Source: Hemiscyllium ocellatum
Lineage: Eukaryota
Assembly (NCBI RefSeq): GCF_020745735.1
Contig: NW_026867443.1
Span: 186,001 to 250,000 of the forward strand
Length of the DNA: 64,000 bases
Reading direction: 5' to 3'
Program-made: the position numbers and the translations under genes
Shown here: positions 47,311 to 58,970 of the stretch, one piece after another
Layout of the letters: every line of letters begins with the position of its first letter
Position numbering within the stretch: the first letter of the stretch is position 1
Notes under the pieces: generated by a model
Databases searched by the model: none
What the model saw: the letters and a program-made list of their open reading frames with translations, nothing else
Told to the model about the DNA's origin: nothing

Positions 47311-47344
47311 CTATCCACTTGTCTCCATTAGAAGGACAAGTGAA

Positions 47345-47600
47345 TAGGTGGCCCACATTTACTGGTCTTCTTGGAGTATCCAGTCAGAAGGAGGTCCATG
47401 TTTACTGGTCTCCTTTGGAGAGTCCATTAGAAAGGAAGCCAACATTTCCTGGTCTTTATTGGAGGCTCAAGCAGGAACAATGCCCATGTTTACTGGTCTC
47501 TATTGGGAGCTTCAGTGGGAAGGAGGCCCATGTCTCTCCATGGGGCACTCTCGTGAACTGACGTCCATGTTGACTGGAATCTGTTGGAGAGTCCAGTGCA
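47345..47600 (+). repeat. Degenerate ~43-bp minisatellite, about 6 units
   Basis: The CCATGTTTACTGGTCTC...GGAAGGAGG unit recurs at ~47356, 47397, 47443, 47485, 47529 and 47566, with further units at 46015-46080. Confidence 0.7.
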
Positions 47601-48049
47601 TCGTGGACACCATGGTGGGTGTGGGGTTCAGTTCCTTTCTGTTGTAAATGTGTGATGGTCCAAGCGTCATCCCAGTAAAACACCCTGACTCAGAGACTGA
47701 TCGCGGAAGGGGAAGGAGAGGGGAAAGGATTGGAACATGTTGTGAATGGACAGGATGGGTCAGTGGGTCAGAGCCTGTCCTGTCCCTCCAGCTCACACTG
47801 ATGGCCTGAGGATCTCCTCTCTCTGCTGGACCTTCATGGAATGAGGTTTGTGTCCAAACCAGTCCCCAGTGAGAATAGGCCAACAGCACAGAACTGCCCT
47901 TCATTTAACAAGAATCTGTCCATCTTCCTGAGAGATACCAAAACCTGGTCAATGTGGAAATGGGCCTTTACTCCAGGAGAAGACATGCTTCTGGGGTCAA
48001 GGGTTAACATCCATTTGTGGGGCGGAGCAGAGAGAGATTTATCCTGAAT

Positions 48050-48420
48050 TCAACTGTCTCCACCTGGGACACTGTGAGAAAGAGAGAGAAGCGAGACAGA
48101 GAAAGAGAAATAGAGGTCAAGTGGGCTGCGGTGAAGGAGGGAGAGACAGAGGGAGAAATAGAGAGGGGTAGATAACATTTGGAGGCTTTCAATTGAAGTG
48201 AGAGATGGAGCGAGTGACGCAGGCAGTGAGAGATGGAGAAAGATTATGATACAGAGTGAGGAAGCGTGAGTGAGTTGGAGAGAGTGGCTATGAGACAGAG
48301 TGAGAGAGAGGGAATATGAGAGAGATTAACAGTGGGAGAAAGAGATAGATGCAGAGAGATCAAAGTAGCAGATGTGAGACAGAAAGGGGAAAAGAGAGAG
48401 AGAGAGAGAGAGAGGTCCTG
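48050..48420 (+). repeat. (AG)n-rich polypurine tract
   Basis: Inverted homologue of 23200-23920. Confidence 0.85.
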
Positions 48421-49400
48421 GTCACCACATTCTGGGAAAGATGTGATTGTACTTGAGAAGGGGCAGAGGAGATTTCCCAGGATTCTGCCTGGGATGGAGA
48501 GTCAGCTATGAGGAAAGATTGGAAAGGTTGGGGCAGTTTTCCTTGGAGCATTGAAGGTTGAGAGGGACCTGATAGAGAGGTATAAGATAATTGTTGGCAG
48601 TGATATGTTGCATAGGAAGGCACTTTATACAAGAGTAAAGGACTCAATAACCAGGGACAGAGATTGAAGGTAACACAGACATGGACACATAGAAACTTGG
48701 AGCATGAGCAGGCCATTCGGCCCTTTGAGTCTTGTGTGTCATTCAGTATGATCATGGCTGATCCTCTCTCTCAATGCTGTGTTGCTGCTTTCTCCCTATT
48801 TCCTTCATGCTGTTAAAATGCAAAACAACTCTTTTCTTTTTCTTGAATATATTCAGTTCCTTGTCCTCCACAGCCGTTTGTGGTAGAGAATTCATCAGGT
48901 TGACCATCCTCTGAGTGAAGAAATGTTTCCTCATCTCAGTCCTAAATGGTCTACCCTGTATCTCCCTGAGACTGTGTCCCCTGGTTCCAGACTTCCCAAC
49001 CAGGGGAACCTCCTCCCTGCCTGGGCATGTTAGAATTTTATACATTTCAATCAGATCCCCTCTCATCCTTCTAAACTCGAGTGAATCCAGGCCCAGTTGA
49101 GTTGCAGAGTGAGAGGAGAATTGAGGAGAAATGTTTTCAACCAGAGGGTGGGGGGAGTCTGGAACTCACTGCCTGAAAGGCTGGTTGAATCACAAACTCT
49201 TGTGACATTGGAGCAGTGTTTAGATATTCCCTTGTGTTGCTGTAACCTCCAGGGTAATGGGCCAAGAGCTGGAGGATGGGATTAGTGTCATCAGATCTTT
49301 GTTTACTAGCACAAACACAATGGGCCAAATGGCCTCATTCAGTGCTGTTCACATCAATCACTCTCTGAGACAAAAAGAGTGAGATAGAGAGAGAGAGAGA

Positions 49401-49498
49401 AGAGGAAGTGTGAGGGGCTGACGTGGCTCTCTCTGCCTGATGCCATTTACATACTGAGGAACACCCAGTCAGACTCTCACAGGCTGCAGCTTTATAAA
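49401..49498 (+). promoter_or_regulatory. V2 promoter: PU-box, octamer variant and TATA
   Basis: AGAGGAAGTG 49401-49410, ATTTACAT 49445-49452, TTTATAAA 49491-49498. Confidence 0.75.
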
Positions 49499-49558
49499 GC
49501 AGAGCCCAGTGAAGGGAGAGTTTATCAGGAAGCAGGCTCAGGGACAGGAGCACACACC

Positions 49559-49607
49559 ATGATTTCACACATCCAGCTGATCTGGCCCCTGGCATTCTGT
49601 GTCACAG
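49559..49607 (+). CDS. Leader exon of V2, MISHIQLIWPLAFCVT-G
   Basis: 49-nt exon with a GTACAA donor at 49608 and a 186-nt intron. Confidence 0.93.
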
Positions 49608-49793
49608 GTACAAATCTCTCTCCTTCCACCTTGAATCTTTAGCTGCTCTCCATTTCACTCCAATTCCACTGACTTGTGACTGAAGGGAAAATGCTGAAAC
49701 CAGAGGAAAGCTCAGTGTCTTCAACAATCTCTCATTTGACAGGCTCTTTCTGTGACAGTTCTGACTTCACTGTGTTTCTCTCTGACCCCTCAG

Positions 49794-50090
49794 GTATCAG
49801 TGGGGACATCACCATGACCCAGTCTCCCCCGGTGCTGTCAGTGGGACTGGGCCAGACCGCAACACTCACCTGTACGGCCAGTCAATATGTTAGCAATGAG
49901 CTTTCCTGGTACCAGCAGCGAGAAGGTCAGAAACCCTCTCTCCTGATCTATGCTGCAACAAATCGATTCACAGGAGTCTCCGAGCGATTCACCGACAGTG
50001 GATTAGGGACCAGTTTCACCCTGACAATCAGCAACGTTCAGAATGAGGATGTCGCTGACTATTACTGTATGCAGGATTACAGCTGGCCTT
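49794..50090 (+). CDS. IGKV: Ig kappa-type V exon, cluster 2 (V2), open but without a cognate J
   Basis: (G)[98 protein letters not shown]. Conserved Cys/Trp/Cys present. Confidence 0.95.
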
Positions 50091-50118
50091 CACCGTGATA
50101 CAGAGCCATACAAAAACC
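50091..50118 (+). other. 12-bp-spacer RSS of V2 with variant heptamer
   Basis: CACCGTG-ATACAGAGCCAT-ACAAAAACC: heptamer position 4 A>C, perfect nonamer. Confidence 0.93.
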
Positions 50119-50398
50119 TCAAAGCACACAGAATCACCTCCTGTACTGACACATCCACGGTTATATAAAATGCATAATAATGGACACACAGTCCCACTGC
50201 CTGAACTGTCATATCCCACAGTTAGATCTAAATGAAACTGCACAAATTACCCCATGCTGGGATTGTCACTGTCCGATACACTCCAGTCCCTGTGGTGTCT
50301 CAACGCTCACTAAAGGCCTCAAGTTTCCCTCTTCCACTCCATGGCCACATGTGAAGAGCAGCTGCAAGATTTAACAATGAAAAATAAAGTTCACAAAC

Positions 50399-50410
50399 TA
50401 GAGGCAGAGA
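50399..50410 (+). pseudogene. Deletion scar where J and its 23-RSS are missing in cluster 2
   Basis: Homology to cluster 1 stops at ...TCACAAAC (50398 = 21120) and resumes at TTGTTGAAGG (50411 = 20816). The ~303 nt containing J1 and its RSS are replaced by TAGAGGCAGAGA. Confidence 0.9.
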
Positions 50411-51399
50411 TTGTTGAAGGTGTTAGTGGGGAGCTGCAGTGAATGAAATGGTTGATTGAGGAGCACTGTGTCTAACAGGGTGTCCAGCTGTATCTCTTTA
50501 GTTCCATTGCCACCTTTAAGCAGCAACATAAAAGTCAGTAAGTTTTACTCTCCGTGTGGAGGAGCTCTGTCCATTTGCAGCCTGTGGTCCCATTCCTACA
50601 GCATGGAGTGAAATCAGTGAGTAGCCTCCTGCCAGTCTCAGTGTGACGGACACGGGGCAGAGTTTGATGTGAGCTCTGGCTCCCTGTCCCAGTATCTGAT
50701 CTCACTGACCTCAGCAGCAGCAGCAGTAGCACAGTGAGACACCGAGCTCCCACCTCCCCCAGCTTTAACTCTGCTCAATCACACAATCACAGAGTTGTTA
50801 CAGTGCACACGGAGGTCATTCCGCCCATCCTGTCTGGACCCGCTCTCTGAATGAGCAATTGACTGAGTGTCATTCTCCTGCCTTCTCCCTGTCGCCCTGC
50901 ACATTGTTCCTTTTCAAATAACATTCTCATTCCCTTCAGAATGTTTCAATTGAAGCTGCCTCCACCACACTCTCAGGCAGTGCATTCCACACCTTAACCA
51001 CCTACTGGCTGAAAATATTTTTCCCTCATCTCACTTTTGCTTCTTTTACCAATTATTTTCAATCCATGGCCTCTCCCTCTCAATTCTTTCTCAGGTGGGA
51101 ACATTTTCTCCTAGTTTACTCTGTTCAACCCCCTCCTGATTTTGAATTTCTCGTTCAAATCTCCTCTCTGCCTTCTTTTCTCTGAGGAAAAAAATTCCCA
51201 ACTTCTTCAGTCTACCTTCATAACTAACATCCCTCATCCTCGATGGGTCAGATAGCCCACTCGTGCTCCTATTTCTAATGTTCTTATTACCTTATCTTCC
51301 TATGTGAGAGACACACATCAGAATTCCACTTAACACTCTGTGGCTGTTCCTTCCCAGTCTTATTCCCAACACTCCGTGCAGACCCATCCTTACACAGTG

Positions 51400-54300
51400 A
51401 CCCTGATTTAGAATTTATTACTCTCTCTCCCTCACTCTGAAACTGGGTAAGAAGTTCTATTCCTTATTCTGGTGCTATCTATCTCTCCCAGGATTCTGTG
51501 CACCTCTGTGTTCCTCTCTGGTATTACCTCCTGGATCCCACAGGCCAAGATAGTTTAAACCCTCTCCAACAGCACGAGTAAATCACCCCAAAGGAGCTCA
51601 GTCCCAGGTCTGTTCAGGAGCAACCCGTCTGGTCTGTACGTGTCCATCTCCCCTCAAAGCCAGTCCCAATGTTAAAATAATCGAAAGACCTTCCTCCTGG
51701 ACTGTCTTTTCAGTTCCACAGTCACCTGTGCTATCCTCCTCTTTCTATTCTCAGTTGCGTGGGGCACTGGGGGTAATCTTGGAGATTCCTACTTTTGACC
51801 TCCTGCTGCTAATTCCCTCTGGAACTCCCTAAATTCTGACTGCAGGACTACATCCCTTTTCTCCCTCTGTCACTGGGACCGAAATGGACCACCACTGCTG
51901 CCTGTTCCCCCTCTCCCCTCAGGGTGTTCTGCAGCTGCTCAGTGACAGGCTTGACCCTGGCACCAGGGAGACAACACACCATCCTGGATTCCCATCTGCA
52001 GCTGCAGAAACATCTATCGATGTCCTCACTCTCGAATCTCCTCTATCACTCTTCCAGTCTTCCTTGTGCCCCACTGTACAGCTGAGCCCCCCCATGGTGC
52101 CAGGGACTTGGCTCTGGCTGCACTCCCCAGATGAACCATCATTCTCATCAGGGTTCCAAACTGAATCCTGGTTGGAGAGTGGGATGCACTCACGGGATTC
52201 CTGTACTAGCTGCCTGGTACTTTTGGACTGTCTGCTGCTCCCCCATTCCCTCTCTCCCTGCATACTCTGAAACTGCAGAGTGACCACATCTAGAAACGTG
52301 CTCTCCATGGAGCTCTCAGCCTCACGGACGCTCCGCACTGACACCAGCTGCTGCTCAAGCTCCGGAACCCGGAGTTCCAACTACAGTCACTGACCACACT
52401 TCCTGTGCTCATGGTATTCCAGGAAGCAGGACAAGCAGTTCCCTCATGCAACCTGATGCTCACTCTCACCACTCCCTGATTATCTTTTGTCAAAGTACTT
52501 TTGAGAAACAGCAACAGCAGGGCTCACAAACCAGGACTTTCAATGTCCATACAATCATAGAATTCCTACAGTATGGAAACAGGCCATTTGGTCCAACAAG
52601 TCCACACTAACACTCCGAACAGTAACCCACCCAGACCCATTCCCCTACCTTTTTAACCTACATTTACTCCTGACTAATGTACCTAACCTGCACTATGGGC
52701 AATTTAGCATGGCCAATTCATCGAACCTGCACAGTTTGGACCGTGGGAGGAAACCAGAGCACCCGGAGGAAACCCACGCAGGCACAGGGAGAACATGCAA
52801 ACTCCACACAGACAGTCACCCAAGGCTAGAATCAAACCTGGGTCCATAGCGCTGTGAGGCAGCAGGGCAAACCACTAAATGACCGTACTTCCAGTTTTCC
52901 AGGGATTCAAGGAACATCTACATAAACCCAAAATACTTAAGATATAGGAGCAGAATTGGGCCAGTCAGAAGAGAGTCTGCTCTGCCATTTGATCTTGTGT
53001 GATGTGTTTCTGTACCCCATTCTCCTTTTAACTTTTGATCTCCTTACTGATCAAGAACCTATCTGTCTCTGTTTTAAATACTCTCAACATCTTGGCATCC
53101 ATAGACCTCTGTGACAATGAATTCCGCAGATTCACCACCATGTGGCTGAAGAAATGCCTCCTTATCTCAGTTCTGACGGATCATTCTTCACTCTGAGGCT
53201 TTGCCTTCGGGCCCGAGTTTCTTCTATTCGTAGAAACACCTTCTCCATGTTCTCCAGGCCTCTCAATATTCTGTAGTTTCATTAAGATTCCCCCATCATC
53301 TTTCTGAACACAATTGTATACAGATCCAGAATCCTCAACCACTCTTTATATTACACCCCCTTTATTCCCAAGATCATTCTTATTCTTTCTCTCTTTTTCC
53401 TCTGGACCCTCTCCAATGACAGCACATCCTTCCTTAATAAGGAGACCAAATTCCAAATGCGGTCTGATCAGAGACTTATACAAACTCAGCAGTACACCTC
53501 TGACGTTAAAGTTAATGCTAACATTGTAATTGCCTTTCAAACAGCCAATGGTGAACCTGCACGTTAACCTTCAGAGAAACCTGAGCAAGGACTCCCAATT
53601 CTCTTTGTGCTTCAGATTTCTGAAATCTTTCCTCACTTAGAAAACAGTCTGTGCCCCTATTCTTCCCACCAAAGTATCTAGCCTCCCAAGTTCCCGCATT
53701 GTACTCCACCTGCCACTTCTTTGCACATTCTCCCAGCCTGACCAAGTCCTTCTGCAATCTCCCCCATTTCCTCAACTCAACTTGACTTTTCACCAATTTT
53801 TGCATCATCTACAAACTTATCAACAAAACTTGGTGAATGATAGGGCCTTAAGGAATATAGTGGAACAGAGGGAGCTTAGAATTCAGGTAAGCAGTTCTCT
53901 GAAGATGGAGTCACAGGTAGATAGAGCAGAGAGCTTTTTCTGCAGTACCCTTCATCAGTCAGGGCATTAACTACAGACGTTGGGAAGTTATGTTGCAGTT
54001 ATACAGGACATTGGTGAAGCCACACTTGGAATATTGTGTTCAGTTTTGGTCACCTTGTTACAGGAAGGATGTTATTAAACTGGAAAGAGTGCAGAGGAAA
54101 TTTGCAAGGTTGTTGCCAGGATTCAATGGTTTCGGTTAAAGGGAGAGTACTTTTTTCTTTAGAGTGTAGGAGACTGAGGGAGGACCTCAAAAGATCATGA
54201 CAGGCATGGATAGGGTGACTTCACTCACTCTTTTCCCCAAGGTTTGCGAATATGAGCTAGAGCGCATCAGTTTAAGGTTAGAGGGGAAAGAATAAACGGG

Positions 54301-55800
54301 AACCTGAGGGGCAACCTTTTTATACATAGGATTGTTCGTATATGGAATGAGCTGCCAGTGCAAGTGGTTGAGGTGGGTACATTAATAACATTTAAAAGGC
54401 ATTTGGACAAATACAGCAAAGGACAGGATTCAGAATGATATGGGCCAAGTGCAGGATTAGTGTAAATGGACATTTTGGTTGGCATGGGCCAGTTTGGTCC
54501 AAATGGCCTGTCTCCATGCTGTAGGACTCTGTGACATTGTTATGGACCAGGCCAGACCCTTCAAAACATTTTAAGAATGCAGCCCAGACCTTACCTTTTC
54601 GAATTGTGTTAAGCAAATGTAACCTGGATATTCGAAGATTGATACAACTGGTCAAACCACTCAGCTTGAAGGAAAAGAGAATTTATTTACACACAATCAA
54701 AAGAAAGCAGAATTTAGAATAACTTAACTGTTTGAAAACCCAACTGACAAGAAAATGCAACTTGACAAAGAGCTGTTCCAATTTGCTACAGTAGCCTTGG
54801 TAAAAAGGTAAATATAAACACAGAGGTTCTTACAGGAGAGGAGTTTCAGACAGTGAGTCCACTGGAAAATGTTGAATTGGGGAACCTTTCTCACCAGCAG
54901 CTTTCTTTATCCAGGAGCTTCCAACCGACTGTTCGTCAAAAACAGCAAACTGGAAGAACTGGCCACTCTCCTTTTATTGGACAAGGATTTAATATAAAAC
55001 CTCAAAGTTAATTGCATTACCAGTACATCTGACTCCAGATTCCCTGTCACAAACTGCAGGGTGAATTCTGTCATATTACGGTCAATGCCCCCAAGGGATT
55101 CCTTCACCCCAAGTTCCCTAATCAGGTCTGCTTCAATACACATCACCCAATCCAGAATTGCCTGTTCCATAGTGATCTCTACCACAAGCTGCTCCAAAAA
55201 TCACCTCGTAGACATTTCATTAATTCCTTTCCTTGAGATCCCCAAACAATTTAATTTTCCAGTCTCCCTGCATATTTAAGTCCCTCATGACCATTGTAGC
55301 AGGGCCTTCTCTATCACTTGATTTAGTTTCTTCCTCATATCCTGACTGCTGCTGGGGGGTCCTGTGCTAAGTTCTCATCATGCTCTTTCTCCCTTACAAC
55401 TCCTCACCTCTACCCACACAGATTAAATGCATTCCAACTCTAAATCCCTTCTTGTGATTGATCTCATTTCATTTCTTACCAAGAAGGTAACCCCACCCCC
55501 ATCTGCCCATCAGCATGTCCTGTCAATCGGATGTGCATCCTTGAGTATTTCATTCCCAGCCCTCAACCCCTTACGGCCAGATCTCTGTGATACTCAAAAC
55601 ATCATACCTGTCAATTCCAATCAGCGCTACAAGCTCATTTACCTCATTTCGGATACTCCCTGCATTCAGGTACGACACCCTCAGTCCTGCATTGACTGCC
55701 CTCCTTTTCATAGTTGTCCCCTTATGCACAGTGCCTAAAATTAATTTTCCGATCCTTTCCATAATCTATGTCCGATTAATTATTCTGGAAACTTTACTAA
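51400..55800. mobile_element. CR1 ORF1 remnant (-), HE1-type SINE (-, ~52555-52890) and further CR1 fragments in the V-C interval of cluster 2
   Basis: ELRVPELEQQLVSVRSVREAESSMESTFLDVVT (51919-52380, -), V-SINE core, and RT and endonuclease fragments (LRVSYLNAGSIRNEV...YDVLSITEIW). Confidence 0.75.
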
Positions 55801-57314
55801 CCTCTCCTGAGCCCTGCGTCACTTTAATGATTTTAAAGTCCTTGGGAACTCAAATTATCTCAATTTATGACATCACACTGTCTACCTTATTCCGAATGCT
55901 GCATGCATCATCATACAAAGACTTTTTAAGTTATTTCTATTGTCAAGTTTCCCTGCACTTCTGTATTGCCTTGTTACAATATGACATTCACAAATTCTGA
56001 CCCTTCCTCTTATTTTCTGGTAACAATCAAACCCATCACTAACCACGACTCCCACCTTCTGTACCTTTCATTTTCTCACGTTTTGTGCAACTGAACCAAT
56101 ATGCTTTCTCTTTGGGTTGGCTTCAGGTCAATATTTATCCCTGAAACATCACTGAACATGCTTCATAATCTCATTTACGATTGCGCGATATTGCTGTGTA
56201 CAAATTGTGTTTTCTGCATTACAACAGTGACCAGTATTCAGACAAGTCCCTCACTCTCTGTAAATGCTTTGGGAGAGCCTGACATACAAGTCTCTCTTTT
56301 GATGCACTGGGAGCCTTTCAGATATCAGAGATGCCATTCCATGGCTCTATTAGACAGACGGCAGGACGGTGTCTCCTGGTGTCCTGGTCAATATTGATTC
56401 CCTAATTAGCATCACTAAAAATCTGATCCTCGCCTGATTGTCACCCAGCTCTCTGGGATCTTGCTGAGCACAGTCTGATGGAAAGAGCCACTGCGACATC
56501 CTGAGGTGGAGGCAGGTGCAACATAAATGCAAGTCTTTCTTTGAGGTTGGAGTCTCCTGAACCTGACCCTTGCCCATTGGATGCACGCTTCCATCTTCCA
56601 GGGAATATGGGATCATTAAGAGCAGTGTCACTGTCTGATCCCAAGACACTGAGACTCTTTGCAGCCTCACCTTTGACCTTAACCCAGCGCTGAGCTGGGA
56701 GATTTGAAACAAAATCTAGAATGTTCTACATGGACACCCAACGTGACTCCTTCCTGAAGTGTGCTGATCCAACTCTGCTCCAATGTTGTTGGATAAACTT
56801 ATCCCGAGCTGTGAGTGATCGGAGGTTTGTTAAAGAGGTGTCGAACTCCACCCCACATACCAGCTCTTGCTCCATTGCTCTGGAGGCTTTGGTGTTTCAA
56901 GTGAATATCCAAGTGTTTTTTCAATGTGATGAGGGTTTCTGCCGCTCTCACCCTTTCAGCTAGTGAGGTCCTGATACCACCAACCACTGGGTGAAAACAA
57001 TTACTCTTCAACTCCCCTCTAACCCTGCCCCCAATTCATTTCAATCTCTCTCCATGGTTATTGCCCTCTCTGCCAATGGAAATCAGTCCTTCCTACCCAC
57101 TCTATCCAGACCTCTCATCATTTTACACACCATTGATCAAATCTCCCCTCAGCCTCCTGTGGTCCAAAGAAACCAGTCCCAGCCAAACCAATCATTCCTC
57201 AAAGCTAATACTCCTCATTTCTGACAAAATCCTCCACTGTCCCCATCTCTAGGGGGACCAGAACTGCACACAGTTCTCTCACAGTGCTCTAACTGGGCTT
57301 TATTTGAGGTCAGA

Positions 57315-57530
57315 AGTCACACAACACCAGGTTATAGTCCAACAGGTTTATTTCAAATCACAAGATTTGAGAGCACTGTTCCTTCAGCACTGAAGTCGCT
57401 TCACCTGAAGATGGAGCAGCATTTCAAAGCTTGTGATTTTAAATAAACCTGCTGAAGTGTAACATGGTGTCATGTGACTCCTGAACATGTCCACCCCTGT
57501 CGGACACCAGAGCCTCCACATCATATCGAT
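57315..57530 (+). mobile_element. Hairpin Penelope-type element, decayed, with hammerhead-like core
   Basis: Inverted arms and CTGAAGA at 57405-57411. Same family as 19341-19547. Confidence 0.6.
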
Positions 57531-58107
57531 AGTTTCACATCTTTGCTGAGACTCTCTCTTTGGGAGTGTCACTCTTACTCTTTTGGGAAAAGATTCTGAA
57601 TGATCTCTGTCTCTGTCTCATCCTTGGAGGCCTCCCACTGCCCTGTCACTGATCTCCCATCAAGTCGATGGTTCCAGTACTCTTTTATTAAATTACCACA
57701 CAGTTTGGTAAAATGAGTTGTTCCCAAATAAAAACTTTTACACTTGCTCCATGGTTCTCCATTTCCATCCCTATTCTCAATCTCACTGCGTTCCGATCAC
57801 TGTCACTAAATGCTCCCACATTGATAGCCCTTCCAGTTGCCCACATTCATTCCTTAAATGGTGGTCCAGGACTGTCCCTTCTCTTTCTGCTGCGTCACCA
57901 TCACCTTCTCAGAGACAGTTAGGGATGGGCAGCAACTGGCTCTGCCAGTGTTGTACACGTCCCAAAAAGCAATTTTTAAAATGCCAGTGCTTTTGTCAGG
58001 TCTGCTAGGTACTGGATACAAATGTTCAAATGTTTTACCAGTTAATGTTCAGAGAGTTTATGTACCTTCAAAAGGCAGGGATTAAAATTGTTTCTCTTGT
58101 CTTTCAG

Positions 58108-58436
58108 GCCGTGACAACTCTCAGCCCAAGCTGACCCTGCTGCCCCCCTCCCCAGAGCAGGTCAATGCCAAGGGCACTGCCACCCTGGTGTGCCTTGCCA
58201 ATCACTTCTATCCCGATGAGCTGGAGGTGCAGTGGAAGAAGGACGGTGCAGTCATTTCGGACGGGGATCAGACCAGCAACTACCTGCGAGCTTCGGACAG
58301 CACCTACAGTGTCAGCAGCCTGCTGACCCTCTCTGGGTCTGACTGGGAGTCCAATGCTCACTTCTCCTGTGCCCTCACCCACGTGACCCTCCCCTCTCCC
58401 CTCAGCAAGAGCATCAGGAGATCAGAATGTGTGTAG
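58108..58436 (+). CDS. IGKC: Ig kappa-type constant exon, cluster 2 (C2), open
   Basis: Acceptor CTTGTCTTTCAG, then 329 nt: (S)RDNSQPKLTLLPPSPEQVNAKGTATLVCLANHFYPDELEVQWKKDGAVISDGDQTSNYLRASDSTYSVSSLLTLSGSDWESNAHFSCALTHVTLPSPLSKSIRRSECV*. Confidence 0.96.
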
Positions 58437-58964
58437 AGTGTGAGAGACAGTCCACAGAGGAGACACAACTTTAAACAGGACAGGGCTGAGCTGGCAGGTC
58501 AAAGGTCATTGTCAGCACTGAATTTCAACTCTCTTCCTTCACAGGACTGGCTCAGAGACACTTCTGAGCTTCAGGGGTTAAGGCAGGTCATTGGGATAGT
58601 GTAGAGAAAAACTTTACTCTTTATCTAGCCCCATGCATTCCCTGACCTGGATGTGTTTGATGGGGACAGTGTTAACTTGCGATGTCAAGTATAACCTCTA
58701 GAAGATCCTAAAGACTGTCAGCTGTGCAAAAACAATGTGAACCTCAAAAGTCTCTGCTTCAGTAAAACAGACCTCCTTTCTGCTCAGCCGCCAGTTCCAA
58801 TTTAAGGTTTTGTCACTGTTTAAAGGGACAGGATTCTCATGTTATTGAGAAAATCTCCACAAGTGTTTTCCTCAAGCTCCATTGTGGCTGTGAATTTGTG
58901 CAGCTTCCTCTGTCTGGGCTGTTAATTGCTGACTGTTTTCTGTCAATGTCAATCTGGAAAAGGG

Positions 58965-58970
58965 AATAAA
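58965..58970 (+). terminator. Polyadenylation signal candidate, cluster 2
   Basis: AATAAA ~528 nt after the stop, homologous to 8113-8118. Confidence 0.4.

Noticed and set aside
47345-47600. CRISPR-like repeat-spacer array
   Set aside because: Vertebrate context, degenerate units without unique spacers, and no cas genes: an ordinary minisatellite.
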